NCBI GenBank assembly: GCA_013239625.1
Contig: MU053352.1
Span: 45,485-109,484 of the forward strand
Source: Lama guanicoe
Taxonomy: Eukaryota
Direction of reading: 5' to 3'
DNA: 64,000 nucleotides
Below are positions 24,575 to 62,360 of the stretch, piece after piece. Below the pieces are notes generated by a model, which was not told the origin of the DNA, made no database searches, and was given only the letters and a program-made list of their open reading frames with translations. The translations under genes were made by a program, and so were the position numbers. Numbering within the stretch: the stretch's first letter is position 1; each line of letters starts with the position of its first letter.

Positions 24575-24862
24575 GGTAGAGGTGCTCAGGCTCTGCTTCC
24601 TGAGCCCCACAGCCAGGCCTGGGCCCACCAACCCTTCTTATACGTCACCCTGATCCTGAGGGTGAGAGGTCTCCATGCAAATCTTACCCCTTATGAGGTT
24701 GTTTAAATTCCTCCTTCAGCCTTAGCCATGGTTGATAACCTGATAATAAGAAAGACTGTATGAGGGGGGATGTTATTCACCCCAGTGAGGTCACAGGAAC
24801 ACCTACAAGAGGTCTGGAAACAACTGAGAAACTGGAGAGCATAGAGCCGGTGCATAGGCCAC

Positions 24863-24877
24863 AGCGCCCTCTAGTGG
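24863..24877 (-). promoter_or_regulatory. CTCF-binding motif (best match of an array)
   Basis: Minus strand CCACTAGAGGGCGCT matches the CTCF core consensus CCASYAGRKGGCRS. Related motifs at 2930, 6669, 9801, 12412, 17280 and 31210. Confidence 0.7.
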
Positions 24878-25981
24878 ATGCATAACACACGTCCACCCTA
24901 GGCAGGTGCTGGTGCTCAGGACCCCCGCCCTGCCCAGTCTGCACCTCTCACGATTCCAGCCGTGAGTCCAAGGTGTCTCTGCACTGCATCCTACGGTCAA
25001 ACTACATTCAAACCTTCATATTCATCCAGATGGACCGCTTCTTCAGTCCAGACGTTTAGAGTCACTTTGTGTTAAAGGAGGTGATAAATACCAGCAGAAT
25101 GCACTCTATTTGGAAGGAAATGGAGGCGAGGACGCTGCCCTCTCCAGGAGAGGACACGTGGGGCAAGTTTCTGAGCCATTCTCTGAAAGGAGCCTAGCTA
25201 TTCAGACAAGAAGAGAGAGGAATCCTGGGATTGGGACCAGACTTCCCCCACCAGAAGGCACCAGGAAAGGAGAAAGAATCTGAGGAGGAAGTGAGGACAG
25301 GGGCCCTATGTGAATCAAGGGTCAATTCAATCATAGCCCATAATCAAGATATGCAATGAACATTTGAAATAAAGCATCAGAATGGAAAATCAGCAGGACC
25401 AGATGAATTTGAAAGAGCTTCGGAGAGAGACTCTACAACGTTCGTGACCAACTGGATGTCTGGGTAGGGTAGAAAAAAGAGCCCATATCCATAATCCGAG
25501 GTTTCTCATTCTGTGGACCAGTTGGATACTATTCATTTTACTTATTTTTTTACTTTCAATAAATTGACTCTTTATTCACTCAAGATGCTTTTAATAGCAC
25601 TATGATACAGCAAGGACATTTGTGGGGGTTCTTCTTTAAGCCTGAAAGCCAAAGTGCTAGGTAACAATAACCTCCTTCCATTTTGTCTGCAGAGAACCTA
25701 AGAACTCAAGTAAAACAGACACTACCATAAAGAAGCTTACCAAAAGGAACAATCTACCAGCTGGGAACCACCATCTGAATGTAAAATGTCTGGAAAATGG
25801 AATAGTTCTAAAGAATTATCATTTGACTACATCCAAGAACACAGGGCTAACTTTAAAAAGTTAATCTCAAAGACTTAAAAATCTATCAATTGTATGCAAG
25901 TCGACCTCCTGCAATATTAAAACTCCATTACCTTACATCATTTATGACTAAACAGTGAGCAAGACAAAGATAAACTTTTTC

Positions 25982-26089
25982 AAAAAACATAGAACTCTTC
26001 ACGAATGTGTGTATCATCCTTATGCAGGGGCCATGCTAATCTTCTCTATATTGTGCCAATTTTAGTACATGTCCTGCTGAAACGAGTAC
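25982..26089 (-). pseudogene. RNU6: Full-length U6 snRNA pseudogene
   Basis: Aligns without gaps to U6 (GTGCTCGCTTCGGCAGCAC...CCATATTTTT) with about 16 mismatches in 107 nt. The ACAGAGA box is mutated to ATAGAGA. Confidence 0.93.
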
Positions 26090-26625
26090 TCTAATTTTAT
26101 TTTCATGTTGAATAGTTTGAGCCCAAGTTGCACCTTTTTATTAAAGCAATTATATTATCAGAATTGGTGATTCCGAAGTCAGATGAGGTTAAACAATATT
26201 TGGAGATTCTATGACCATAATGCTATGTTAAGAAAACATCAGTGACTTCCTTTGGTTTCATGGTCACAGCCAGTGTCACCACAGCTGTGGCTTGTCACCA
26301 ACATCCTGAGGGGATGGACATGCTCTTCTGCAGCACAAAGTGAGTGAAAATGTAGATGGTGTTTCCTCCTATCAGTGCTTACACACCCTGACTTCCGTCC
26401 ACAGGCTCTATTCCTGTGCTTCAGCAGTGCCCCTCACCTCTGGCCCAGCTTCTTTTGTTTTTTAATTTTGTTCAAAATAAATAATATAAAATTTACTATC
26501 TTAACCATTTTTAGGTGTACAGTTCAATAGCATTAGGCATATTGGCGTTGCTGTGCAACAGATCTCCAGAAATTTTCATCTTGAAAAACTGAAACTTAGT
26601 CATTAAAAAACAATTCTCCATTTTT

Positions 26626-29365
26626 TAAACATTTTTTAATTGAGTAATAGTCATTTTACAATGTTGTGTCAAATTCTAGTGTAGAGCACAATTTTTCAGT
26701 TATATATGAACATATATATATTCATTGTCACATTTTTTTCGCTATGAACTACCACAAGATCTTGTTTTATTTCCCTGTGCTATAGAATATTATCTTGTTT
26801 ATCTATTCTGCGTTTTAAAATCCCAGTCTTTCCCTTCTCACCCCCCGCCCCCTTGGCAACCACAAGTTTGTATTCTATGTCTATGAGTCTGTTTCTGTTT
26901 TGTATTTATGTTTTGTTTTGTTTTGTTTTCAGATTCCTCATATGAGCGATCTCATATGGTATGGTANNNNNNNNNNNNNNNNNNNNNNNNNNNNNNNNNN
27001 NNNNNNNNNNNNNNNNNNNNNNNNNNNNNNNNNNNNNNNNNNNNNNNNNNNNNNNNNNNNNNNNNNNNNNNNNNNNNNNNNNNNNNNNNNNNNNNNNNNN
27101 NNNNNNNNNNNNNNNNNNNNNNNNNNNNNNNNNNNNNNNNNNNNNNNNNNNNNNNNTCAATATTTCTTTTAGCATGGGTTTAGTGTTGCTAAACTCTTAG
27201 TTTTTGCTTGTCTGTGAAGTTCTTTATCTCTCCTTCTATTCTAAAGGATAGCCTTGCTGGATAGAGTATCCTAGGCTGCATCTTTTTTTCATTCAGGACT
27301 TTGAATATATCTTGCCACTCCCTTCTGGCCTGTAGTGTTTGTGTAGAGAAATCAGCTGAGAGCCCTATGGGGGTTCCCTTGTAACTCACTCTTTGTTTTT
27401 CTCTTGCTGCCTTTAGGATCTTTCTTTATCCCTGTCTCTGGCCATCTTGATTATAATATGTCTTGGTGTGGGTCTGTTTGGGTTCTTCTCAGAGAGTCTC
27501 CTGTACTTGGATATCTGATTCTTTTGGGTTTGGGAAGTTTTCAGTCATGACTTCTTCAAATACCTTTTCAATCCCCATTGTTGTTTCTTTCCCTTCTGGA
27601 ACCCCTATTATGTGTAGATTGGCACGCTTTATATTATCCCATAGGTCCCTTATATTGTTTCCATTGTTTTTTATTTGTTTTTCTTTCATCTGTTCTGATT
27701 GGGTGCTTTCTGTTGTCCTGGTCCTAGGTCACTTATTCGTTCCTCTGCATTATCTAACCTACTTTGTACAGCCTTTCGGTCAGCTCTCATCTCAGCAAAT
27801 GAGTTTACTAATTCTACTTGGTTCTTCTTTATAGCTTCTATTTCATTTTTGACATATTTTATATCTCTAAACACTATTTCTTTTAGTTCCTTCAGTACTT
27901 TGATCACTCTTTCTTTGAAATCTTGATCTGATAGGCCATCAATGTCTATTTCCTTGATCATGCTTTCAGGGGATTTCTCTTGATGTTTTAATTGGGAGTG
28001 GTTCCTCTGCTTCTTCATATTGCTCATATCTCTCTGGCACTGTGGCTTAAGGAGTATCAGTTATCTAGTTCTCCTGGAGATGCTGTGCTCTTAATGATTT
28101 TATTGAGAGGTCTTTGTGTCTTCGCTGTGTTTCATGAACTCAGCTTGCTGTTTCCAGAGGCCCTCTGTCTTGTTGCCCTCGTCTGTGCTGCTCCCAGTGG
28201 CTGTCAGCTAGCAGATCGTGCCCCCTCCCAACACTGGGTCAGGTGCTGAGCTCCTATCCAGTGGGCAGGCAGGTCACTCCCCCTCCCAATGCCGCAGTCA
28301 GATGCTGCACTCGGGGGAGACAGTTGGGCGGATCACGCCCCCTCCCAGCATTGTGGTCAGGTGCTGCATTCCTGCCAAGAAAGCCAGTTGCTGTCCACCC
28401 TTTCCCAGCGCCGGTCACTGCGCTGCTCTGTGCAGCTGCCTGCTCCACCTCCGGTCAGTGTTCCAAAGGCGGGCTCGGGGAAGACCAAGGAATGGCCCCG
28501 CCTCTGCTTCATGTCAAATCTCAGCTCCTTGTTTGTCTTGGTGGCACAAGATCTCTGAGGTGCCAGGGCAGAAAGATCCTATCTGCCTCCAGCTGTAAAC
28601 AAGTCTCAGTCCTGTCTAGGAGGTTGTGGATCCTCTGGGTGTGGATTCAGGTCTCGGCCTGCCTCCGCCCAGGCGCACGCACAGAAGGAGGCGGCGGCTG
28701 TGGCTGAGCCCCACCTCTCTTCTCGCAAGAAGCGCCAATAATGGTGGTGCAGGTCTGAGGAGACAAAGGCTATGGCGCCCCTACCCCCAGAGCACACCAG
28801 CCATGTTGCTTTTCTTTTTTTGCAATTTATGGGGGACTGAGGTTGTTCTGCTCCATATCACCTCCCAGCCACAGTGTGCAGCCCCCTGCAGTCCCCTGGG
28901 GCTGCTTCAGTGCAGCTGCCACAGTCTTCCGTCCGATTAGGGCAGCCTGTCCCAGCCCCAGCTGCTGGGTCGCGTCTTGGTCTGGGTGTCGTGGGAACCC
29001 TTTGTGCCCGTTTAACTCAGTTCTGTCAGTCAAGGGGTGCTCAGGGCAGATCTGAGTCTCGGAGGTTCCTCCTCCATCCCACTGGCCTCTCTGTTGGAAA
29101 GGGGAGACCCAGAGAACGAGCACCAGTCCTCCTTTGCCGCTCCTGCCCCACGGGACCCATCCTGCACTGTTTTACTTTTTCCTTCTTTTTTCCTTTTTTC
29201 CTACCAGATTTTGGCATCTTTGTCTTTCAAAGAAGGCGATGTTCTGTCAGAGTTCGGCAGGTGTTCTGGTTGGCTGAGTGGGTCCGTGGATTTGAGTTTT
29301 GGTGTATTTGTGGGAGAGGGTGAGCTACAAGCATCCTTCTACTCCACCATCTTGCTTCTTCTGTC
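26626..29365 (-). mobile_element. Younger LINE-1 retaining both termini (5' UTR ~28030-29365, frameshifted ORF1 ~27189-28027, most of ORF2 absent at the gap)
   Basis: 5' end AAGATGGTGGAGTAG, ORF1 motifs (LWDNIKRANLHIIGVPEG, QPRILYPARLSF), 15-bp TSD CAATTCTCCATTTTT at 26611-26625 and 29366-29380, and ~59-bp tandem units at ~28210-28420. Confidence 0.92.
26967..27156. other. Assembly gap (190 N)
   Basis: Run of N. Confidence 1.
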
Positions 29366-30790
29366 CAATTCTCCATTTTTCTATATCACTCAACCCCTGC
29401 AATCATCATTCTACTTTCTGTTTTTATGAATCTGACTACTTCAAATATTTCATATAAGTGAAATCATACACTTTTTGTCTTTTTGCAACTGTACAAAATC
29501 ACTTAGCATAATATCCTCTACTCAACCATGTTGTAGCATGTGACAGGATTTCCTTCCTTCTTATGCTGAATAATATTCTGCTGTATATGTATAGACCACA
29601 TTTAGTTTATCCATTCATCTGTCAATGGACATTTGGGCTGCTTCCACCTCTTGACTGTTGTGAAGAGTGCCCTTATGAATTGGGTGTGCAAATATATCTT
29701 TGAGATCTTGCTTTGAATTTGTTTAGATATAGATGAAGAAGTGGGATTGCTGGATCATATAATAATGCTATATTTAATTTCTGAGGAACTTCTACACAGT
29801 TTTCCATAGTTGCTGCTGCACCATTGTTCATACCCACCAACAGTGCAGAGCTCCAATTTCTCTACATCCTTAAAAACATTTGTTATTGTGTTTGGTTTTT
29901 TTTAATACTGGCCATCCTAATGGCTATGAGGTGAAATCTCATTGTTGTCTTGATGTGCATTTCTCTAATAATTATGATGTGGAGAATTTTTCATATGCTT
30001 ATTGGACATTTATCATCTTTGGAAAAGTGTCTTTTCAAGTCCTTTGCCCATTTTTAATTGAGTTATTTGTTATTTAATTGAATTCTTGTTGTTGCTGAGT
30101 TGTAGTTTTTAAATATATTTTGTACATTAACCTCTTATCATAAATCAACTATACTTCAATTAAAAAATAAAATAAAATAAAAAATTTTTAAATCCCTCTT
30201 ACCAGATGTATGATTGGTGAGTATTTTCTTCTATTCTGTAAGTTGCTTTTTCAGTTTGATTTTGTCCTTTGATGGACAGAAGGTTTTAAATTGGATATAG
30301 TCCCATTTGTCTACTTTGGAGTTTCTTGCTTGTGCATTAGGCGTCATATCTAAGAAATAATCAGCAAATACAATGTCATGAGGGTTATTCCCTATGTTTT
30401 ATTCTAAAGGTTTTATATTTTTAGGTCTTAGATTTAGGTCTTTAATTCATTTTGAGCTAATTTTCATATGATGTAAGGTAAGGGTCCAAATTCATTCTTT
30501 TGCCTGTGGATATCCAATTTTTCCAGCACTGTTTGTTGAAAAGACAGTACTTTCCCCATTGAATGGTCTTGGCATGCTCTGTTGAAGATCATTTGACCAT
30601 ATATGTGAGAGTTTACATCTGGACTGTGTGTTATATCATGTTGGTCTGTGTCTGTCATTATAATAGTACCACACTGTTTTGATTAATGTAGCTTTGAAAT
30701 ATGTTTGAAATCAGGAAGTTTGAGACCTCCAACTTTTTTTTTCCCCAATATCGTTTTGGCTATTCAGAGTCCCTTGTGATTCTATATGAA

Positions 30791-30891
30791 ATTTATTTAA
30801 TTTTATTTGTATGGAAGTACTAGGGATTGAACCCAGGACCTCATGCATGCTAAGCACACACTCTACCACTGTGCTATACCCACCCACCCCC
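30791..30891 (-). mobile_element. tRNA-derived SINE (Vic-1-like)
   Basis: Reverse complement of the GGGTATAGC...GGTTCAATCC SINE body with an A-rich tail. Confidence 0.85.
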
Positions 30892-31466
30892 TCACATGAA
30901 TTTTAGAGTGAATTTTTTTTGTTTCTGGAAAAAGGTCCACATTCTGGACCCTCACTATCATTCCCTCCTGGACCAGATTTGAGCAAAGACTCTGTAGAGG
31001 AAAAGGATCTGACTCAAATCTGAAGCAATAAGACAGCCAGACCCAGGAGCTCACAGGGTGATAAGGAGGCATCACAGGGTGAGGAGAAGTCATCACAGGT
31101 GGAGAAAAGTCACACATCAGTGAGGACACAGTTTGCCCAAATCCCCTAGAGCAAGCTGAGTGGTTTTTCAGCTGTCTAGCACAACTCCTGCACTCTCTGG
31201 ACATCGCACAGCGCCCCCTGCTGACCACAGGAACCACATCCTCTGCTCTCTGTGGTAACACTTGGCACAAGGAGCAGTGTCCTTTTTGTGCCGTAACTTT
31301 TCCCTAGAGTCAGATGTCAGGTCATGTGCCAAGGGCAGAAAAAGTGGGAAGGGTGGTGGCTGATGACCCTGGTGAATGGTTACCTAAGGTCAGAGAGGTG
31401 GACCCTGTGAGCACATGAATCCAGCATCTCTAATTGGAATAGAAAAGAAAAATCTGTAAAAAAAAA

Positions 31467-31467
31467 A

Positions 31468-31504
<37 letters not shown>

Positions 31505-31521
31505 AGTGTGTGTGTGTGTGT
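31467..31521. repeat. (TA)n(TG)n microsatellite
   Basis: Visible dinucleotide runs. Confidence 0.95.
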
Positions 31522-31783
31522 ATTTATGTATTCCCTTAGTTAAACTTTGTATTCCTTTTTACCAATTTTTACTGCATGTCACTGTATATGTCTCTAAGTT
31601 GCCACAAATATATTGAAATGATAAATATACTTTTACCAATTGTGTAGGTCCTGTCATTTTAATTCATTATTTTTAATGCTCCTGAATAGTACACACAATT
31701 GTCAGTTGGAACCCAGGACTTCTCTTTTCGTGGGACAGTTAAACGGTGCTCTGTGAGTTCCCCCAAGGGCTGGGGGAGCTCAG

Positions 31784-31947
31784 GGTTTGTGTCTTACTTC
31801 CCCACTGGCCTGAAACACTGTGAGCACTGAGGCTGCCGTCCCACACTGAGCAGTAATAATCAGCCTCATCCTCGGGTTGGAGCCCAGAGATGGTCAGGGA
31901 GGCTGTGCTGCCTGACCTGGAGCCAGAGAATCAAGTCTGAGGCACCT
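31784..31947 (-). pseudogene. 5'-truncated clan-I IGLV fragment (FR3-CDR3) with intact 23-RSS
   Basis: Translates [43 protein letters not shown] 31816-31822 + 23 nt + ACACAAACC 31784-31792. Confidence 0.9.
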
Positions 31948-31965
31948 GTTGTATTACATTATAGT

Positions 31966-32097
31966 GGGGGAGGGTATAGCTCAGAGGTAGGGCACATTCT
32001 TAGCATGCACGAGGTCCTGGGTTAAACCCCCAGTACCTCCTCTCAAAATAAATAAACAAACCTAATCACCACTCCCCTGCTGAATAAATAAATAACT
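31966..32097 (+). mobile_element. tRNA-derived SINE (Vic-1-like)
   Basis: GGGGGAGGGTATAGCTCAG head, flanked by ATTATAGT direct repeats. Confidence 0.85.
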
Positions 32098-32219
32098 ATT
32101 ATAGTATAGTATAATAAAATATACAGTACTTCATAAATTGCTTATTATATGTAATGTGATATGGTATAATATAAATTATACATTGTATTTTATATATATA
32201 TATAATATGATACAATAAT

Positions 32220-32390
32220 GATGCCCTTGGGGATCCAAAGAAATAAAATTCTGAACCACAGAAGACCACAGAACCAAGCTAATTGTTTAAGAACCAGTAA
32301 ATCTCAAGAAAAAGTGAGTAGGGCTCCCTGGCTTCTGCTGAATAATTCATAGAGCATCACCTACAACTCCAGTGGTGCCCCTCCTCAGGG
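32220..32390 (-). pseudogene. Highly decayed clan-IV (IGLV5/11-like) V relic
   Basis: The minus strand has CAGCAGAAGCCAGGGAGCCCT (QQKPGSP), CTGAGGAGGGGC (LSSG-like) and TTCTTTGGATCC (FSGS-like) at roughly IGLV5 spacing, with many stops. Confidence 0.55.
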
Positions 32391-33705
32391 GGACACGGCT
32401 GCAAAGTCCCCAGTGGTGAGCAAAAGTCTCCACCTTCAGGTTGGGCTTCATGCAATTGGGAGCAGCCAAGAGTGGACTACCCTCGATGAGCCCCAGAGCA
32501 GCCCCTGCTGGCTCAACTTGCACTCCCTCTCCCGCAGAGACCTGATCGCCCTGGGGTTTCCTCATCCTAACTAGGTTGCTGGAGTTTGCAATGCACTTTA
32601 TTTTCATGACTCCAGTGTGCCAGGCACTATTCCAGGCCTTAATGCTGCAACAATCAACACAGCCTCTTATTATGTGACTCTTTATATTTGGGTCTCCTGG
32701 AGGAGGTAGAGCTTGTTCCAGCTCTAAAGGGATAGTGAAAAGGACATTGTAAGAAGAGGAACTAGAAAGCATGAAGCTTCTGCTGCATTTAAGATCAGGT
32801 CATGGGACATTCAGGAAGCGGCAGAATTCTGCTGTGTGTGCCAACTGCAGAAGGAGGGAAGGTGGGGAAAGGCAAGGCGGGCAAGGAGAGGACCAAGAGA
32901 GACACGGTGGGGGAGGGGAGGGGTGCTCTCTACAACAAGACCAGAGCTTACAAGTGGTGGCAAGAACATGGAGAAAAGGGAACCCTTATGCACCACTGGT
33001 AGGACTGTAGATAAAGCCCTTTGAAAACAGTATGGAGGCTCCTCAAAAAATTAAAAATAGAACTACCGTATGATCCAGCAATCCCACGTCTGGTTATATA
33101 TCTGAGTCCTCAGAATCAGTATCACATGCTTTTAGGTTGATTCACACGTCATCTGAACCTGTGACCAGCCCACAGCACCACCTGCCCTGACCCTGCCTCG
33201 TGCAGTGCTCATAGGGCCACCTCCCTGTCCTGCATGGGCCACCTGGGTCCTGATGTGCCACATAAAGCCTGATTCAGATACCTGTTCCAGAGAAGCATAG
33301 AGCTTTAGAACCCAGGAAATGCAAAATTACTTCCCTTCTAAGGAATATAATTCCTTGGTCAGGAATCTTACCTGCTCTGTAAAGGACCCCCACCCCCATC
33401 CCCCTGACTCCTTCTGGCCCCTTCACCTCTGTCCATCTCCCCTTCTTGTCCCTTTCATCTCTCCCTAGTCCTCACTCAGCCTGCTCAAATCTTCAAGACC
33501 CTGTCTTTTTACTCAGTGGACACCCTACTCTCCACCTCCAATTCTCATCCCATTTCTTGTCTCTCATTCCCTCACTCCCTCATTCCCACACTCCACTTAG
33601 TCCAGCGTGGCTGCTGGAGGGCAAGTGTCTCAGAGTTTCAGAGAAGAGGTTTAAAGGTCCTCTTTCCCAGGAGCTGGCTCTGATAGTGCATTCCACCTGC
33701 TCAAG

Positions 33706-33734
33706 ACTGATCATTAACCAAGGGCTCGTATAAG
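33706..33734 (+). promoter_or_regulatory. SLC5A4 core promoter: HNF1-like site and TATA box
   Basis: ACTGATCATTAAC (33706-33718) followed by TATAAG (33729-33734), 43 nt upstream of the ATG. Confidence 0.75.
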
Positions 33735-33776
33735 GAAACGGCCGGCCGTGGGATGGAGAAAGTGCCACCTGCAGCC

Positions 33777-60571
<26,795 letters not shown>

Positions 60572-60735
60572 ACTTTATCTGAGCTACTAGAATGTTCATT
60601 AAGCAAAGGATGCTTTCATTGATTTTTTTTCACTTGTGTAGTTTTTTGTGTTGCAAAGGCAGACATGCAGTTGGTAATTTTATTAAATGAGATGACTATA
60701 TGTCTGATTTTTAGCTTTTGCTGTTCCTTTTTTTC

Positions 60736-60741
60736 AATAAA
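60736..60741 (+). terminator. Candidate polyadenylation signal AATAAA
   Basis: First AATAAA, 165 nt after the stop codon. ATTAAA at 60682 is an alternative. Confidence 0.55.
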
Positions 60742-62237
60742 GAAAAAAAAAGTTGATAATTTAGAAAGCCAGTGTGCTGATTCTATATGTACACAAACTA
60801 GGAGCACTGGGTCCAAATTTTCACCATTACTGTATGAAAGTTTCTATTTACTCATATCCTTAATTACAGAGTAATGTATTATAAATCTTAATGTTTGTCA
60901 ACTTGAAGATTGAAATTAATTTCATCTTTAAATTTCAGTTTTCTCCACTTATTAGTGAGATTTTATGTACTTACATATACTTACTAGCAATTCATATTTT
61001 TTCTGTGAATTTTCTGATATATCTTACCAAGTTTCTAATTCATTTATAGATATTCTTCAGATAGTCTGTATTTTTATTATTTGCATATGAATTGCAAATG
61101 TTTTTCTTGAAACTTATGTCTTGCCTTTTAATTTTATGGGTTTTGGGGGTTTTTTTGCTGTAAGAAGCTTTAATTTTTATTTAGTCAAATTGTTTCATCT
61201 TTTACCTATAGTTTCTGAGTTTCGTGAATTACTCTTAAAGGTTTGCTCTTTTGGGGTTTTGCTGCCATTATTTTTTTTTTGTTTTGAAGAATGTGCTCAA
61301 ACTCTACATTATTTTACAATATACTTTTCTCTCTTTATAGTACATGGTGGGCATCATTAAGCCCAACTAATGTAGATCACATGAATTCATATTAATCTCT
61401 ACCTAAAAATTTATAATATTAGATATATTTATTTTCTTTAACAATTTTCTTTTTAGGTGGATTTTCAGGCTGTTTAAATATTTTTTGCCATCACAAATGA
61501 TGTTGCATAGATCCCCACTGATGGTTTTATTTCTACAGGATAGAATCCTCACAGTGGCATAATTGAGCTGTAGATACATTTACTTATATTTTTAAGATAC
61601 TGACAGATTACTTTCCCAAAACTTGAGGCAATTCACACTCCTGCCAACAACAAGGAGCAAGTAGACCTGTTCCCCCTGTGTTTAGTAGCATGAAAAGTTG
61701 TTGCTTTTTCAAAAATTGCTAATCTGGTTGTTGAAAAATCTTATAGGCATTCTAATTAATCATTGATTTTAACTTCAGTGAGTTGCCTATTTATAACTTT
61801 TTTCTGTTTTTCTATCATCTGGCAGTTTACATTCTTAAGCAAAACAGGAAACCGAGAAACCACAAAAGATGAAACTACATATTTAAATAAACCATTGAAG
61901 TTTTTTGTATGAAAAGGTAGTTCAAACAGAAATTAAAATATGGAGCCAAAAATATATTGTGACATGAGAAAAAGAAAGCGCTCCCATAAATGAATGAGGA
62001 AAAGACAAACAAGTCTGATTATTGTACTGCATCTGGAGAGGAAGGGACAGACTTAGGCTTCTCTTCACGTGATGTTACCCTTATAATCTAGAATATGGTC
62101 TATAATGATCAAGCACATGTCCAAGGAAGCTATCCTCACAAGTTATTCCAAGGGATTTCCTCTTTGATGCATGATGTTTGTTTATCCCTGGTTTGTATGG
62201 AGCACTTCTAATGTGAAACCCTTAAGAAGTATTTAAG

Positions 62238-62330
62238 GAGGGAAGGGTATAGCTCAGTGGTAAAGTGTGTGCTTAGCATGCACAAGGTCCTGCGTTCAAT
62301 TCCAGTACCTCCATTAAAAATAAAGAAATA
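62238..62330 (+). mobile_element. tRNA-derived SINE (Vic-1-like)
   Basis: AGGGTATAGCTCAGTGG...GTTCAATTCCAGTACCTCC plus A-rich tail. Confidence 0.85.
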
Positions 62331-62360
62331 AGAGAACAGGCCAAGATGGCGGAATAGAGA

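Larger units (their letters stand above)
26454..30930 (-). mobile_element. Older L1 (L1MA-type) 3' portion interrupted by a younger L1 and a SINE
   Basis: The 3' UTR at 26454-26625 resumes at 29381 after the TSD. Decayed ORF2 sequence continues to ~30930. Confidence 0.8.

Noticed and set aside
25982..26089. Functional U6 gene
   Set aside because: About 15% diverged, ACAGAGA box mutated and no recognisable upstream PSE/TATA.
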